DNA of 64,000 nt, from positions 21,700,001-21,764,000 of the forward strand of contig CM120641.1 in assembly GCA_051362555.1 (NCBI GenBank). The letters run 5' to 3'. The position numbers were made by a program, and so were the translations under genes. The notes beneath the pieces were generated by a model that saw only the letters and a program-made list of their open reading frames with translations, ran no database searches and had not been told where the DNA came from. Numbering within the stretch: position 1 is the stretch's first letter; every line of letters starts with the position of its first letter. This document shows, in pieces, positions 24,779 to 37,427 of this stretch. The stretch is from Lingula anatina. Taxonomy: Eukaryota > Animalia > Brachiopoda.

Positions 24779-26689
24779 TTAATAAAGTATCTGTTCATGT
24801 CGTGGCATTTTGTATGTACGTGAACTGGCGCTGATGGCTTTATTTGTCAACACAAGCTCCAGTTCCTGGAAGTTTTTCAGTCTCTTGACATCTTTGTCCT
24901 TCCTTACAATGGTGTCTGGCATTTTACGTATCTTGTGAACTAGCTCTCTCTGAACTTTCAGCTCCTTGCACATCAACTCCATGAGGCTTTCATAAGTCAG
25001 GTTGGATTCCTCAAGCTCCACCTCAATGAAATCTTTTTCATCTGTGTAGGCCACCCGGACTTTAAGTACCAATTCTGAAAATGTAGTAAGTAGTGGATAG
25101 AACTTAACCAACTTAAAATATGCATGTAAATATTTCTTTTCGGGCCTCAAGTAAAACTGTAAGACTGAAAATTAGTGGCACAAACCCTTATGCAATAATA
25201 AATTTTTTGGACTTCCGAGTGTATGATACTAAACAAACATGTTACCATTATCAACTGGCCCATTGGTGATGGGTAAATCTCTGGTAGAGCTCGGCTGATG
25301 TAGCTGGTTATGGCTTTGACTGCTTGGAGGTCTCTGCTCAGGTGGTGTTGCATAGGGAAAAACTGGGTTTGCAATGTAGTTTGGTGTGATTGGTAGCTCA
25401 TTCTTAATGGAAACTTGGGAAGGTTCACCTTAAATAGTAAAAACTACATATTGATTTCCAGCAAAGATACCTTTTTTAAAGGTGGGGGAGAGGTTAAAAA
25501 CAGTTATAAAATAAACAGGATTGCCGTTTTCTAAATCTGTCCCATGAAAATGTGCCTTTTTTAATTGCTAAAAAATATTCAGAACAGAATTAACCTTTAT
25601 GCAGCCTTGATAAAAGACCTGACTGGCATGAATTGTGTAGCCAAAATAAAATACCTTGCCAAAAGTTTAAATAGTTTCCAAAAGGGTCAGGTGTTCATTC
25701 TTTGGCTAAATTGAAGCAATTGTTACCTCCGAGCATTTTGACTACATTTGGGTTCTCAGACAACTGTGCAGCAGTTTCTCCTTTATTTGTTTTGATTTCT
25801 TTATCAGCACCGTGGTTTAAAAGGAAGGAAACTATTGTAGCATGCCCTCGCGTTGCCGCCCAGTGAAGAGCTGTCCTATCAAGACATACAAAAAAATCAA
25901 AATGATGATACACAGTTTTGATAAAATGAAACTAAAAGCGTAATGGCATTTTAAAACGGTTACATCCCTATACGTCCCCGCACCAATACTCCCTCGCACC
26001 GATAATCCCCCCCAGTATCGATGTGGGGAAGCAATGATGTGGGGGAGTATCGGTGTGGAGGAGTAACGGTGGCCCTACATGGCAATTTTACTAGGGATGT
26101 ATCGATGCAGGGATCTATCGGCGTGGGGTCGTATCGATTCGCATAATACGCAGAAATTTACTAAGAGGGGATTATTGGTGCGGCGGGAGTATCGGTACAG
26201 GGGAGTATCGACATGACCCCGTTTAAAACAACTTTGCACAATACCTTGCAAAAGTAAAACATACGTACTTAGATAAATAAAATTTTGAAAAAATTAAATT
26301 AAAAACAGCTGGACTAGTGTGCAACTATTCTCAACATTATGTCTGACTACAATGCGTGTAACGATGCTGAGCAGCAATGTGCCATTTGAACGCTACTAAA
26401 TGCACAATATGGTACGGGTCTTACAGTATGCCCCCCAAATCTGTGATTGATCCAAGGCTCTGCATAACTGAATTTTAAAAAATACGTTGATTAACTAGTT
26501 TGGTGTAAGATTGGAATACTATGTAAGTACCAACAATAAATCAAAATGGTATTACCATCCGTTCATGTTGTTTTGATCGTTCACATCGACACCCTGATTC
26601 ACCAGTTTCTGCAGAGATTCCATATTCCCAATAGCTGCCGACTCTCGCAGCTGCTCTGCCAAAGCCCCTCTTTCATCATGACCATCCAT
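24779..26689 (-). CDS. ANKRD40: Ankyrin repeat domain-containing protein 40, 4 coding exons
   Basis: Exons 26689-26556, 25875-25727, 25428-25246, 25074-24779. Ankyrin repeats (LRESAAIGN...NGWTALHWAATRGH), LPITPNYIANPVFPY, and the C-terminal domain ELVLKVRV...DFIEVEL...KIRKMPDTIVRKDKDVKRLKNFQELELVL typical of ANKRD40. Confidence 0.93.
25955..26225. mobile_element. Non-autonomous DNA transposon with arrays of ~15-bp subterminal repeats
   Basis: GC-rich island in an AT-rich intron. Left arm repeats (CCCGCACCAATACTCCC, GCACCGATAATCCCC) are the reverse complement of right arm repeats (GGGGATTATTGGTGCGG, GGGAGTATCGGTAC); imperfect TIR AAACGG...CCGTTT. Confidence 0.65.
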
Positions 26690-27234
26690 CTGTGGAACTC
26701 GGATCTGAAACACGTTGCTAAATTTGACAAAATCCAAGGGGAATGTACGCCGCCAGCTCAAACTTTACACGTTCGCGCCTCGTTTTGAAACTAGGTCATG
26801 CAGACAGATGTAGTTGGTCATGATACTTTTAAATAATCGGTCATCCTAAAATCCGCAAAACACTTGATTCAGACCAAAAAACTTCCGATCTATCAGACTT
26901 TTCTGTCTTACTTTCGTAAGCGCACGTGACGATAAAATGTGTCATTAAAAAAACTCACTTTTCTGACTCCGCATTTACTGTAATACAGGCCCTATTATAT
27001 GTACATGTTAATGTATTTTCATCGAGACTTAAATAAAATACTTTCTCAGTTTTATTAACCGGTGATTAATTGATTGTAGTAATTGTAGTAAACAACGATG
27101 AGGACATGTCAAAGACAACAACACGTTGGGTCTTTGTGTGAGTATCACCCCGGACATAAATTTAGTTACAGTATTGATAAACAAAGTATCACGTTTTCAA
27201 TAATTAATATTTTAAATTACAATCCATAACTGCA

Positions 27235-27401
27235 AGGTTGTGTCATTGACCAAAATACAACGTTGAGTCAACGTCACATTATGACGGTGTTTCGACGTGG
27301 GTAGATCAACGTTGATTTTACGTTGAATTTAGGTAGATCAACGGCAATTCAACGTATCAACCTGTTTTCAACGTTGATCCAACGCAACTATGCCTGCTGG
27401 G
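27235..27401. mobile_element. Terminal fragment of a CACTA/EnSpm-like non-autonomous element
   Basis: Repeated palindromic TCAACGTTGA-like subterminal motifs ending in ATGCCTGCTGGG (reverse complement CCCAGCAGGCAT). Only one terminus is seen. Confidence 0.55.
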
Positions 27402-27609
27402 ATTGTACCTAAATCAAAATTTGGTTCAGATTACGAGATTTGAAGGAAAATTAGGACAATTTTATTCTGGTTGATTTTCTTTAAAATTAAAAAAAATGAT
27501 AAAGTAGGCCTCATGTTTTTCAATCAACAGCTAATTATTAAAATTGTTTACTTCCAATATTTCGATGTCTGTCAGGGCATCTTCATCAGGGAATGAAGTT
27601 ATCCAGGTG

Positions 27610-27735
27610 CAGGGGCGGATCCAGGATAATTTGAAAGGGGTCCGTTTTCTTTTCGGAATGACAGGGTACTAGGCCCCTTGAGGTGGGGTTTGGGGTCCGC
27701 TGATTTTTTTTTTCTTTTTAGGGCAAACGGTGCTA
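27610..27735. mobile_element. Partial CAGGGGCGGATCCAG-type MITE
   Basis: Starts CAGGGGCGGATCCAG, the same terminus as the complete element at 49258; right TIR not found. Confidence 0.45.
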
Positions 27736-28089
27736 TTTGGTACGGTTAAGAGCTATGAATCAGCTAGTCAAAATTATGAGAGTGAGTTTTTTTCAGAAAC
27801 CAAAAGAGGGGGAAGGATCAAGACCCCTGTATTTTCTTTTTCAAAATCGTGATAAATATGCGCTGAACCATATACCTTAGCGTGATCCGTGAAGCACCGC
27901 ATTCCAATAGCTCGTGATGCGATTTCATTTTTATTCCTTAATTTGTTCATATAGTAACACGAAGTCATTATACTCTGCGTGATTTTTGTGATTTTCAATT
28001 CGCCCGATTCAAAATTTCAAAGAAATATGAATGAAATTTTTATGACAGAGATTTTCTGATTTGGTGAGTTTATCACCCGTGAACTAGTA

Positions 28090-28860
28090 TCACTCTCCCC
28101 CCCCTCCCCCCCCCCCCCCCCCCCCCCCCCGGCAATTGGACCCTCAGAGTAGAACTTAAGCTAGCTATTTCTTCACAGGTCAAGCTGACCCACACGGACT
28201 GCGCAACATTTGGTTTATACGAGGCGCATCATTTGTACGCTTTACGCAAGGGTCAACTGTCATCTCTCCATATCATGGAGGTTACACAACATTCTTTTCA
28301 GTTTTAAAGGACCAGAAAATAACTTGTTCCGTCAGAGCAACGCATTGCGACACAATGATTTGCTTTCATTTCCAACCACACAGCCGACTAGATTTCTTTC
28401 TAGGCTAGAACAATAAAATAAACTAGGACAAACAAGGCGATAAGCTCAGCAGATGATTTAAAAACAATATTTGCACTTATTTTCTTAAAAAGTTTTACGA
28501 TTGACCATTTTATATTTTATAAAACAATATATTGGGCATTTCTCTCTTTACTCATTACCCCTTACTCCCTAATACCATTACTGTTTAATATAAATTAATC
28601 CTTTTATCTTTGTATTTTATTTGTATTTGTATTGTATTTTATTTGTAAATACTACAGAACTTATTTTTATGGATTTTACTGGTGTATTCTTAAAATATAT
28701 TATTATCATCATTACAAACGATGTGTTTGTCCTAGTTCTAGGATAGCCATTTGTGCACTGTGCTGACATGCTGTGATTTGATGATTTTATTTCCCGTGAT
28801 CTGTAATCACTCCCCCCTCCCCCTTCAATTGGACCCTCAGAGTAGAACTCAAGCTATTTC
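28090..28860 (+). repeat. Older diverged duplicate of the prosaposin upstream segment
   Basis: 28193-28768 aligns by eye with 31222-31830 (ACGGACTGCGCAA...TTTGTACGCTTTACGCAAGGGTCAACTGT...TTGTGCACTGTGCTGACA). It is bracketed by a direct repeat CAATTGGACCCTCAGAGTAGAACT.AAGCTA at about 28133 and 28826. Confidence 0.75.
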
Positions 28861-29074
28861 TCCTGAAACGAGGCACAAGGGAAAATAAACTTTCTTCGTT
28901 AAAATAAGGTTTCATTGTCTGTATATATATATATATATATATATATACCTCCCTTCAGCTGTTTATCTACTTTCAGCATACCTGTACAACTGCCATTACT
29001 CTTTTCTTTTCAGTATGCATATACTGTATAAGCATTAATTCCAGGGAAAAAATTCCAATACAAGCTCCCCACAA

Positions 29075-29120
<46 letters not shown>

Positions 29121-29192
29121 TAATAAGAATAATAAACAAAGTCAATCAGGGCTAATATGAAGAGGAAAAGCACCACCTATCATCCCAGACAA

Positions 29193-29663
29193 CAGTGGTG
29201 GATTCTGTGCTGCATTATTTGGCGGTGACAGGTAATGGTCCTTGCGTCGCCGTACCTGTGTCATTGCCTCCGACCCACCGTCTGCCCTGCACCAAAGGCT
29301 GAGGGTTTCCAGCACTTCGATCCATTAGACCCATCAGTCCCGCGCCCTGGAAAACAAACAACTCTACAGCTGAGAGTGGCGGACCCTGCCGATGAACCTA
29401 AGATGTACTCTTCGCCATGATGTTTGTCGATGATTCCATTTGAAAGACTAACCTTAACACTAAAAGACTCAAATCAATACTTTTAAGACTTTAAAATATA
29501 AGGCGCTCAATTGCCCGCTTTCCAGAGCTATTTTTCCCTAAATTGATAAAGAAAGATATAAATTAAAGGGTTTTATCTCTGGTTTTCCTCCGGGCCTTTG
29601 TATACTGTATATGTTGTAAATATTAAGTAGAGTGAATGTCTCCAACGTGATTAATGAAAAAAA

Positions 29664-29694
<31 letters not shown>

Positions 29695-29889
29695 GTGGTA
29701 AAAAAGGAAGGCGTGTTCAGTTCACAAATATAATTTCCAGACTTGTTAACTAATTTGATCGGAGTCGCTTGCTTGTGCACTTTTTGTGGCCTTACCTGTA
29801 ATTAAATGGCGTTTACAAGTGGTCGTATGCAGTTGCGTAATTAAAATCATTAACCACCGCCAAATAATGCAGCACAGAATCCACCATAG
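29193..29889. mobile_element. Non-autonomous DNA transposon (~700 bp) with ~35-bp TIRs
   Basis: CAGTGGTGGATTCTGTGCTGCATTATTTGGCGGTG (29193-29227) vs CACCGCCAAATAATGCAGCACAGAATCCACCATAG (29855-29889). No clear TSD; the right half is repeated within the tandem duplication. Confidence 0.7.
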
Positions 29890-30700
29890 ATAAGAAATAT
29901 GTATAAAAGACGTTCAGAATTAATATCGGGGCTGAGACTGAGAGGGACTCAAAGGAGGCCGCTTGACAGAGCCATGGGAGATGGTTAAGAAGATGGAGAC
30001 TTCACGTAGATGATGTAGTTAGAGTGCGTCAACAAATAAACCATTAAACTGGTCATTATGTGTCCTTGGGTTTTCTTTGAGCGACTTTACGTAAAACTGA
30101 CACGAACCTTGGAATCGCGGATTGCGTTTTGAGCCTTTATAAATTACATAAGTATATAAAAGCTTTCATTACAACGGACTGCGCAATTGTTTATACAAGG
30201 CCAATCATTAATTTGTACGCTTTACGCAAGGGTCAACTGTTTTCTCTTAATATCTTAGAGGTTACGCAACATATTCTCATTATATTCTCATTATATTTAA
30301 AAAACCAGAAAATAATTTGTTCAGTGGGAACAACCCAATTGTGACATAGGCCTAATGAATTGCTTTCATTCCCAACCAGACAACCGACTAGATGTAGGGC
30401 AATAAAATAAACTAGGACAAATAAACAAGGACAATAAGCTAGAGCAGATGATTAAAAAAAAATACTAAGAAATTATCTTTTTATTGTTTTATATCTTTTA
30501 AAGTTTTATGACTTTAAAGACTTTAAAATATAAGGCGCTCAATTGCCCGCTTTCCAGAGCTATTTTTCCCTAAATTGATAAAGAAAGATATAAATTAAAG
30601 GGTTTTATCTCTGGTTTTCCTCCGGGCCTTTGTATACTGTATATGTTGTAAATATTAAGTAGAGTGAATGTCTCCAACGTGATTAATGAAAAAAAAAATG

Positions 30701-30744
<44 letters not shown>

Positions 30745-31558
30745 TGGTAAAAAAGGAAGGCGTGTTCAGTTCACAAATATAATTTCCAGACTTGTTAACT
30801 AATTTGATCGGAGTCGCTTGCTTGTGCACTTTTTGTGGCCTTACCTGTAATTAAATGGCGTTTACAAGTGGTCGTATGCAGTTGCGTAATTAAAATCATT
30901 AACCACCGCCAAATAATGCAGCACAGAATCCACCATAGATAAGAAATATGTATAAAAGACGTTCAGAATTAATATCGGGGCTGAGACTGAGAGGGACTCA
31001 AAGGAGGCCGCTTGACAGAGCCATGGGAGATGGTTAAGAAGATGGAGACTTCACGTAGATGATGTAGTTAGAGTGCGTCAACAAATAAACCATTAAACTG
31101 GTCATTATGTGTCCTTGGGTTTTCTTTGAGCGACTTTACGTAAAACTGACACGAACCTTGGAATCGCGGATTGCGTTTTGAGCCTTTATAAATTACATAA
31201 GTATATAAAAGCTTTCATTACAACGGACTGCGCAATTGTTTATACAAGGCCAATCATTAATTTGTACGCTTTACGCAAGGGTCAACTGTTTTCTCTTAAT
31301 ATCTTAGAGGTTACGCAACATATTCTCATTATATTCTCATTATATTTAAAAAACCAGAAAATAATTTGTTCAGTGGGAACAACCCAATTGTGACATAGGC
31401 CTAATGAATTGCTTTCATTCCCAACCAGACAACCGACTAGATGTAGGGCAATAAAATAAACTAGGACAAATAAACAAGGACAATAAGCTAGAGCAGATGA
31501 TTAAAAAAAATACTAAGAAATTATCTTTTTATTGTTTTATATCTTTTAAAGTTTTATG
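29479..31558 (+). repeat. Near-identical tandem duplication (~1.04-kb unit x2)
   Basis: 29479-30510 and 30511-31558 appear identical apart from homopolymer lengths and one base at the junction; the same 71-aa spurious ORF occurs at 30129 and 31178. Confidence 0.93.
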
Positions 31559-31874
31559 GATGACCATAAAATATTTTACAAAACAATATATATTGGACAT
31601 TTCTCCTTGATACCATCAATGTTTAATCTAAATTAATCCTTTTACCTTTGTCCTTTATTTGCATTTCCTTTGTATTTCATTTGTAAAGCCTACAGAACAT
31701 AATTTTATGGATTTTATATTATAAAAATATATTATTATCATTTCAAACGATACAATTGTCCATAGAAGTAGAGATTTACTTCTCTGGTTTGTCCTAGTCT
31801 TAGGACAGACAGTTGTGCACTGTGCTGACACCTTGCGCCGAATATTGGCCAATTAGCTGTGTGAGAAAATAAAC

Positions 31875-31898
31875 TCACATGATTTCGTTATCACATGA
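31875..31898 (+). promoter_or_regulatory. Tandem M-box/CLEAR-like E-boxes in the prosaposin promoter
   Basis: TCACATGA at 31875-31882 and 31891-31898 (reverse complement TCATGTGA, the MITF/TFE M-box), 65-88 bp upstream of the ATG of a lysosomal gene. Confidence 0.6.
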
Positions 31899-31962
31899 TC
31901 CAGACTGCCAGAAATATTGAAGAGACTAGGCAAATAGCACACACAAAATTAAGAACAGCAAG

Positions 31963-34900
31963 ATGCAGCAGTTACTGGTGTTAACAGCGCTCTGTGTCGT
32001 ATATGGTAAGCAAGAATTTAGACTTATCTTTTACAGAGCCACAGGAGAATGCCTGGCATATTATACGTATTGAGTTAGATTATTCGACTTGTGCACCTTG
32101 TTTTTATCTACATGTTCACGTACGGCTGGTTTATGCTATGACAGTCATGTTGAGCGTAATAGGCTGTACTACCAGTACAAGACTGTCCCTGTTTTTGTTA
32201 TTGAAATGGGAAAATGGCCTTGGTGATAGAACTCGTTTGCCAATCGCCTGTTTAACTCGTGCTGGTCACAACGCGGTGTATAGTTCGGTTCAGTATAGTT
32301 AAGTTTAGACTAATTAACAGAATTAAGGGATGACTACACCACTTTAATAACTAAAGCAGTGTAAGCTGAAGTCAATAGGAAATTGTAAGGGAAATAAGCT
32401 TTTATTTATAACATTTCCATTTACAGTTTTGACATCCAAAAGAAAGATTTAAAAAAAATTATATCCAATCCTGAAGCTTACAAAAACTTCTTCAGTAGAG
32501 CTGTCAGAACATAAAACTTATCATTTCTCCAGTTTACAATTTCACCAAGCATTGGAACTCGCAAAAGTTCTTCACCAAGTGGATCTTACCCCTTGTTTGG
32601 TATATAGGCAAAGGCACATGCATGTGCTCTAGAACATTGATTTGAAAACATTGTTTTGTTTTAAGTTGTACACATTCACTGTAAATTAGACTGGGTTCCC
32701 ATGCCTAGATCGATCCATCTTGATCGGTCTGTAGCACCTTTTTGGGAGAGTGTAGAAAAACCACCAGCCAGACCAGGGATCGAACCCGGGACCTCTCGCT
32801 AACAGGGCGAGTGCTCTACTGCCTGAGCTATCCGGCCGGTTCTACCCTGCGTCTGGCACTACAGGTCTAACTCCCTGGGGAGTCTCACTAAATTGCTATC
32901 ATCTTAACCAGCTTAAATGTCTGTCACACTTATCTAAGCAGCTAGGGAAAAGATACTTACCCCCTAATAGCTTTACTAGGTATGACAGACATTAAAGCTG
33001 GTTAAGTTGATATCAATTTAGTGAGACTTCCCAGGGAGATAGATTGATCCAAATATCTGCAGGAACGGCTTCTTACTCAGTGTGACATAGCACAAAGTTT
33101 GATGCATTACCACTCTTATGTACAATATGATATGTACTATAGGTTGTGGAATTATAAACTGATAAAAAAGCTGCTGCTGCCATTCTACTCAAGGGCGAAA
33201 GATGATGATAATGATGATTTGTAGGAAGGGTGAAAAACAGTTGCTATAATCCTAAAGTGACATCCAGATAGCGCATCAGTAACTGTGATATGTATCCTCA
33301 TATGTGTCCTCCTACAAACAGGACATGCCAGAGATTGAAAACGCATGTAACTTCCTGCTAAGAGTGACACCACTCCAAAGTCCGGTAAAGCTAACCAGCA
33401 CATCAAACTTTATAATTGGAGATTGAATGTATACTTTATATATAAAGAATCAGAGTGAAGTTTGTTTAGTTGATGCTGTGCTGTACTACTGTACATACAC
33501 AAAAAGTAGTAAATGGTTGATGCATTATCCATCAATATTTGGTTAAAGTATTTATACCTTAGCTCATATGGTTATTTTATAATTATTCAAAATAACAATG
33601 TTTCCAAACTTTTTTGGTCAGGTGTACATGTAGTTTGAGTAGCACATATACCAGTAATCACCCTCCTCAACAATCCTATATGCATTAACTTTCTCTACCC
33701 AAGGGACAATGGTATGAAGAAAACAGATAAAGGTGACATGGGTATCATCTTTTCCACTTAAACTCCAGGTGGAAATCAGCATACAAATTTACTATTTTTT
33801 TTAAAGGAAAGAATAATAAGATTGCAATATAGGAAAATTCTTGTAGTTTGTCATTCTTTTAGATTTATGTAATATTTCCTTGTATAAATTTTCCTAATGA
33901 TGATATTATTGACATGTAATCCATATTTCAGATGGGCTTATTTTTAAAGATAACCATATTGTACAGTAAAAGTAGATACATATGCAGATGTGACAAATTT
34001 TCAAAATGGATAGAATCTCCAAAAATATAACTCCCACATGAACTTTGCTATCAAACTGGTTTTTGACAAGAATAGTAGAAAAAGCAGAAACTCTTCATTT
34101 TTTAGAATTCATAGGCTCTATTCCCATAGATTTTAGATCGATCTATCCCTGCGGGGAGTCTCACTAGATTACTTTCAGATAATCAAACTTATATGTCCGT
34201 CCCGCCTACTACAAGCTTTAAGGGGGTAATTAACTTTCGTGTCCGCCCGGCTGACAGCTATTTAGCATGAACCCCCAGGGAGTTAGGTCGATCTAAAATA
34301 GGTCGATCTAATCTATGGAAATGGGGTGTTATATTGGTATTACCATTTTCTTAAAAATATTACTTTTTTTAAACAAAAGCATATTTGTAACTTTATTTAA
34401 AAGATAATGAGAAAGATGCTATGAAAACATTTTAAGGTAGGGCATGGGTGTATTGTAAGAACATATCTGCATCTGGGTAACAACAAAGGGACATGGGCAT
34501 CATAATTTTAACATGGTGCCGATCTTGTGAGCACGCTTTCCGCTTAGAATATGTAGCTTTTTTTGCTTTACATTCATAAAATTTGGAAAATGTAGCATTA
34601 TACACATCTAAAAATTATCAGAAAAGAGTACACTTAACTTCATAGAGTTGGGAAAGCATACTGCGATCCTGAATCAGCGGTTAAACAGCGCTGACATGAA
34701 ACTATCTCATGAGTTTCACGAGAGAATGGGAATGGGAATAGCTAATTTAATTAGTCTCGAATGGGAACCGGATATAGCTAATTTAATTAGTCTCGTTTAA
34801 TATTCATGTGACCGGGTCATTATGTCATCAGTGGAAATCTCCACTATTTACACTAAGTCCCTGAATCTGAATGGGGGAAACAAAGCTATATACACATGCT

Positions 34901-37390
34901 GTTGTGTGTGTCTTAAGGAAACGAAACAGGATTGGGTCATAACATCTGTGATTACACACTCAGATGACAGGATTTCATTACACATTGTTGTTTTATGGAA
35001 AGCAGAGCGCATTTCAGGTACTTAAATGCTGAAAAAGAACGATTTGTATAGTTCACATTTATGAGAGTTAATACTTTGTACTGAAGTTGAAAATGGAAAC
35101 AAACGCACAACAACCTGTTTTTCTTTACCCATTAAGACTTGTGACGAAGAGCAATTTTTGTTTTTCTCTAGGGTGTTTGGCATAAATGATCCCTGAGATG
35201 ACCAAAAAACATTACAACACTATTCTGAGTGCTTCCTTTTCCATAATGTACAGCTGCAAAACAGACTGGTATGTCTGTGTCCCAGACTTAAGTGCTGTTT
35301 TAGTGTCATTTTCAGATAAGAGAAAAGTTAAAATACACAGCAGTGTTTGGAAACACAATTGTTTGTTAAAACAAATCCATCCCTTTCATGTGAAAGCACC
35401 CCCATTACAATCCAACAAGCAGGAATATTTTGACAGACTTTCAAAGATGATAACCAATTATAGTTACCCAGTATCCTGGATGTGCAGATACAAAAAGAAG
35501 CAGTATCACCCTATCTGAACCCATGATTATATCATGGGCTCAAATAGGGTGCTACCAAGATCCAATTCTAACCCATGATTATGTCAGGTTGACCTTGAAT
35601 GGAAGGGTATTCTGTAATTTGGCCTTCTTTCACTTGACCCTTCAGAGGACCATTATGTAAAGAGGTCAAGGTAAAGGGGGCTGTATCTGGGACAATGCAA
35701 GGTGCAGGCAGACAAAAGGTGCTAGCCTATGCGTGTGTGGTGTGTTTGTTTGTGTGTGTGTGTGTGGGGGGGGGGGGGGGGTGCAGATTCCCCTCAGATT
35801 TAATCATGATGGTCTCAGGAGAAATGCCACTCCCAAAACCATTTAACAGGGGATCACTGAGCTCCTCACATTTGATTTGATGTCCTATTCTTGTTTCATC
35901 CTGTTTCAAATAAAAAAAGGAAAGCAAGATAAAAAAAGAAAGAAAGAAAAAGATATTAGCCAATAATCAGTTAAATATACGTCTGTTAACAATCTTTAAG
36001 TTAGTGACAAGCAGTGTTTGCCTCTTAGGAAAATAAGTTGCTGGACCGAAAGTCCAGCCATCTCGAAAAGTAGCTGGACTGAATGTCTGTCGAGTGGGAA
36101 AACTTCTGAGCCCGTTCTGAAAGTTGTCAGCCCCGGGCAGATGGTCCAGCCTTAATTTCTAACACTGGTGACAAGGTTTACGTAGGTTCATCAAAATACA
36201 AATCATATGTCAAAAAACAACCTTGTGCCAAAACGGGACAATGGTTAAGTGCTAACCAGTGACGGTAATTACAACAAACGGAATGTTTTGGAATCCGTCT
36301 GGTTAAGAAAAAAGAAACACACCACAAACAGGGATAACAGAGCACACAAACTTTCCCATGTGTATGATGATATTCTCAAACCCACCTTGAAGGGGGGGGG
36401 GTTTGAGAGGGACTAACAAGTCATCATCAAGACTTGAGGTATACATAATTACCTGTTCACCTTCACCTAAACAGGTAAATCAGCTGTGACCAAGTCTGTC
36501 AGAGTGAACAGACAAAATAGTCAATAGGTATACCTAATATGCGGATTGATCTTAAATGAAAACTTTTTAACCATCAAAAAATTGAGATCCACTGAAACTA
36601 TTTTCATAGATGGCTAACAGGGTTTTAAAATACTCAATGGCATCATTAAATTTACTTCGAAATGGTGTCTGTGGGGTAAAGGAGAGATTTGAGAAACCTA
36701 TTTTGCAATTTTTACCTCAAAATCACAATTATGATGTCATCTAAATTGTATTTGTGTAAATGCAAAGAAATTAAGTCAGTGAACACTGAAGATTTATCTA
36801 TTACCCAAAACACATGTTTTTATTTTTCATTTTATTCTATCAGCTGATGTAGGTACATGTATTTTTATATATACATATAAAAACATTGTTTTAACACTTT
36901 ACTTGCTGATAACGGGTGTTTATATACATCTGTTAACTAAAGAAAAATTAAATTTATTTCTGAACTGTTATCTACATGCCTAAATCTACTAGTGTCTAAC
37001 ATGTACTTCAAATGAGTCCTGTTAAACTAATCAATGTCTTGATTTTTCTGACTGAGAAAGGTAAATCTTCACACATTATGAACAATACAAGATTAATACA
37101 TTTTGATAGAAAACTGTAAAATACCCCAATTGTTTAACATTTTATTGACTTGTTTTCAGCAAGTGCTGGCAGCCCACCAGAGTGTCGTTATGGGCCCACT
37201 TATTGGTGTCAGAATGTGAGAACAGCCAAGTCCTGTGGTGCGGTGACACACTGCATTGGTACAGTATGGAAAACACAGGCACCACCAAAGACAGAGGTAA
37301 AACAGGTTTGAATCTTCAACTTGAGTGATCAATTGATCACATACTCAATACAGTATATCTCCTAGCGGGCTGGTGAACTACACAAGATTT

Positions 37391-37427
<37 letters not shown>

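Noticed and set aside
25955-27401. Short repeat arrays resembling CRISPR or other spaced repeats
   Set aside because: The repeats are degenerate, arranged in inverted arms and lack unique constant-length spacers; the context is eukaryotic and they fit transposon subterminal repeats.
30129-31393. Duplicated 71-aa ORFs
   Set aside because: They start at TTG, have no recognisable domain and simply reflect the tandem DNA duplication.
32765-32837. Functional tRNA gene (Thr-TGT or Asn-like)
   Set aside because: C at position 33, pyrimidine at 37 and no GG at D-loop 18-19; it is embedded in a TSD-flanked mobile unit.
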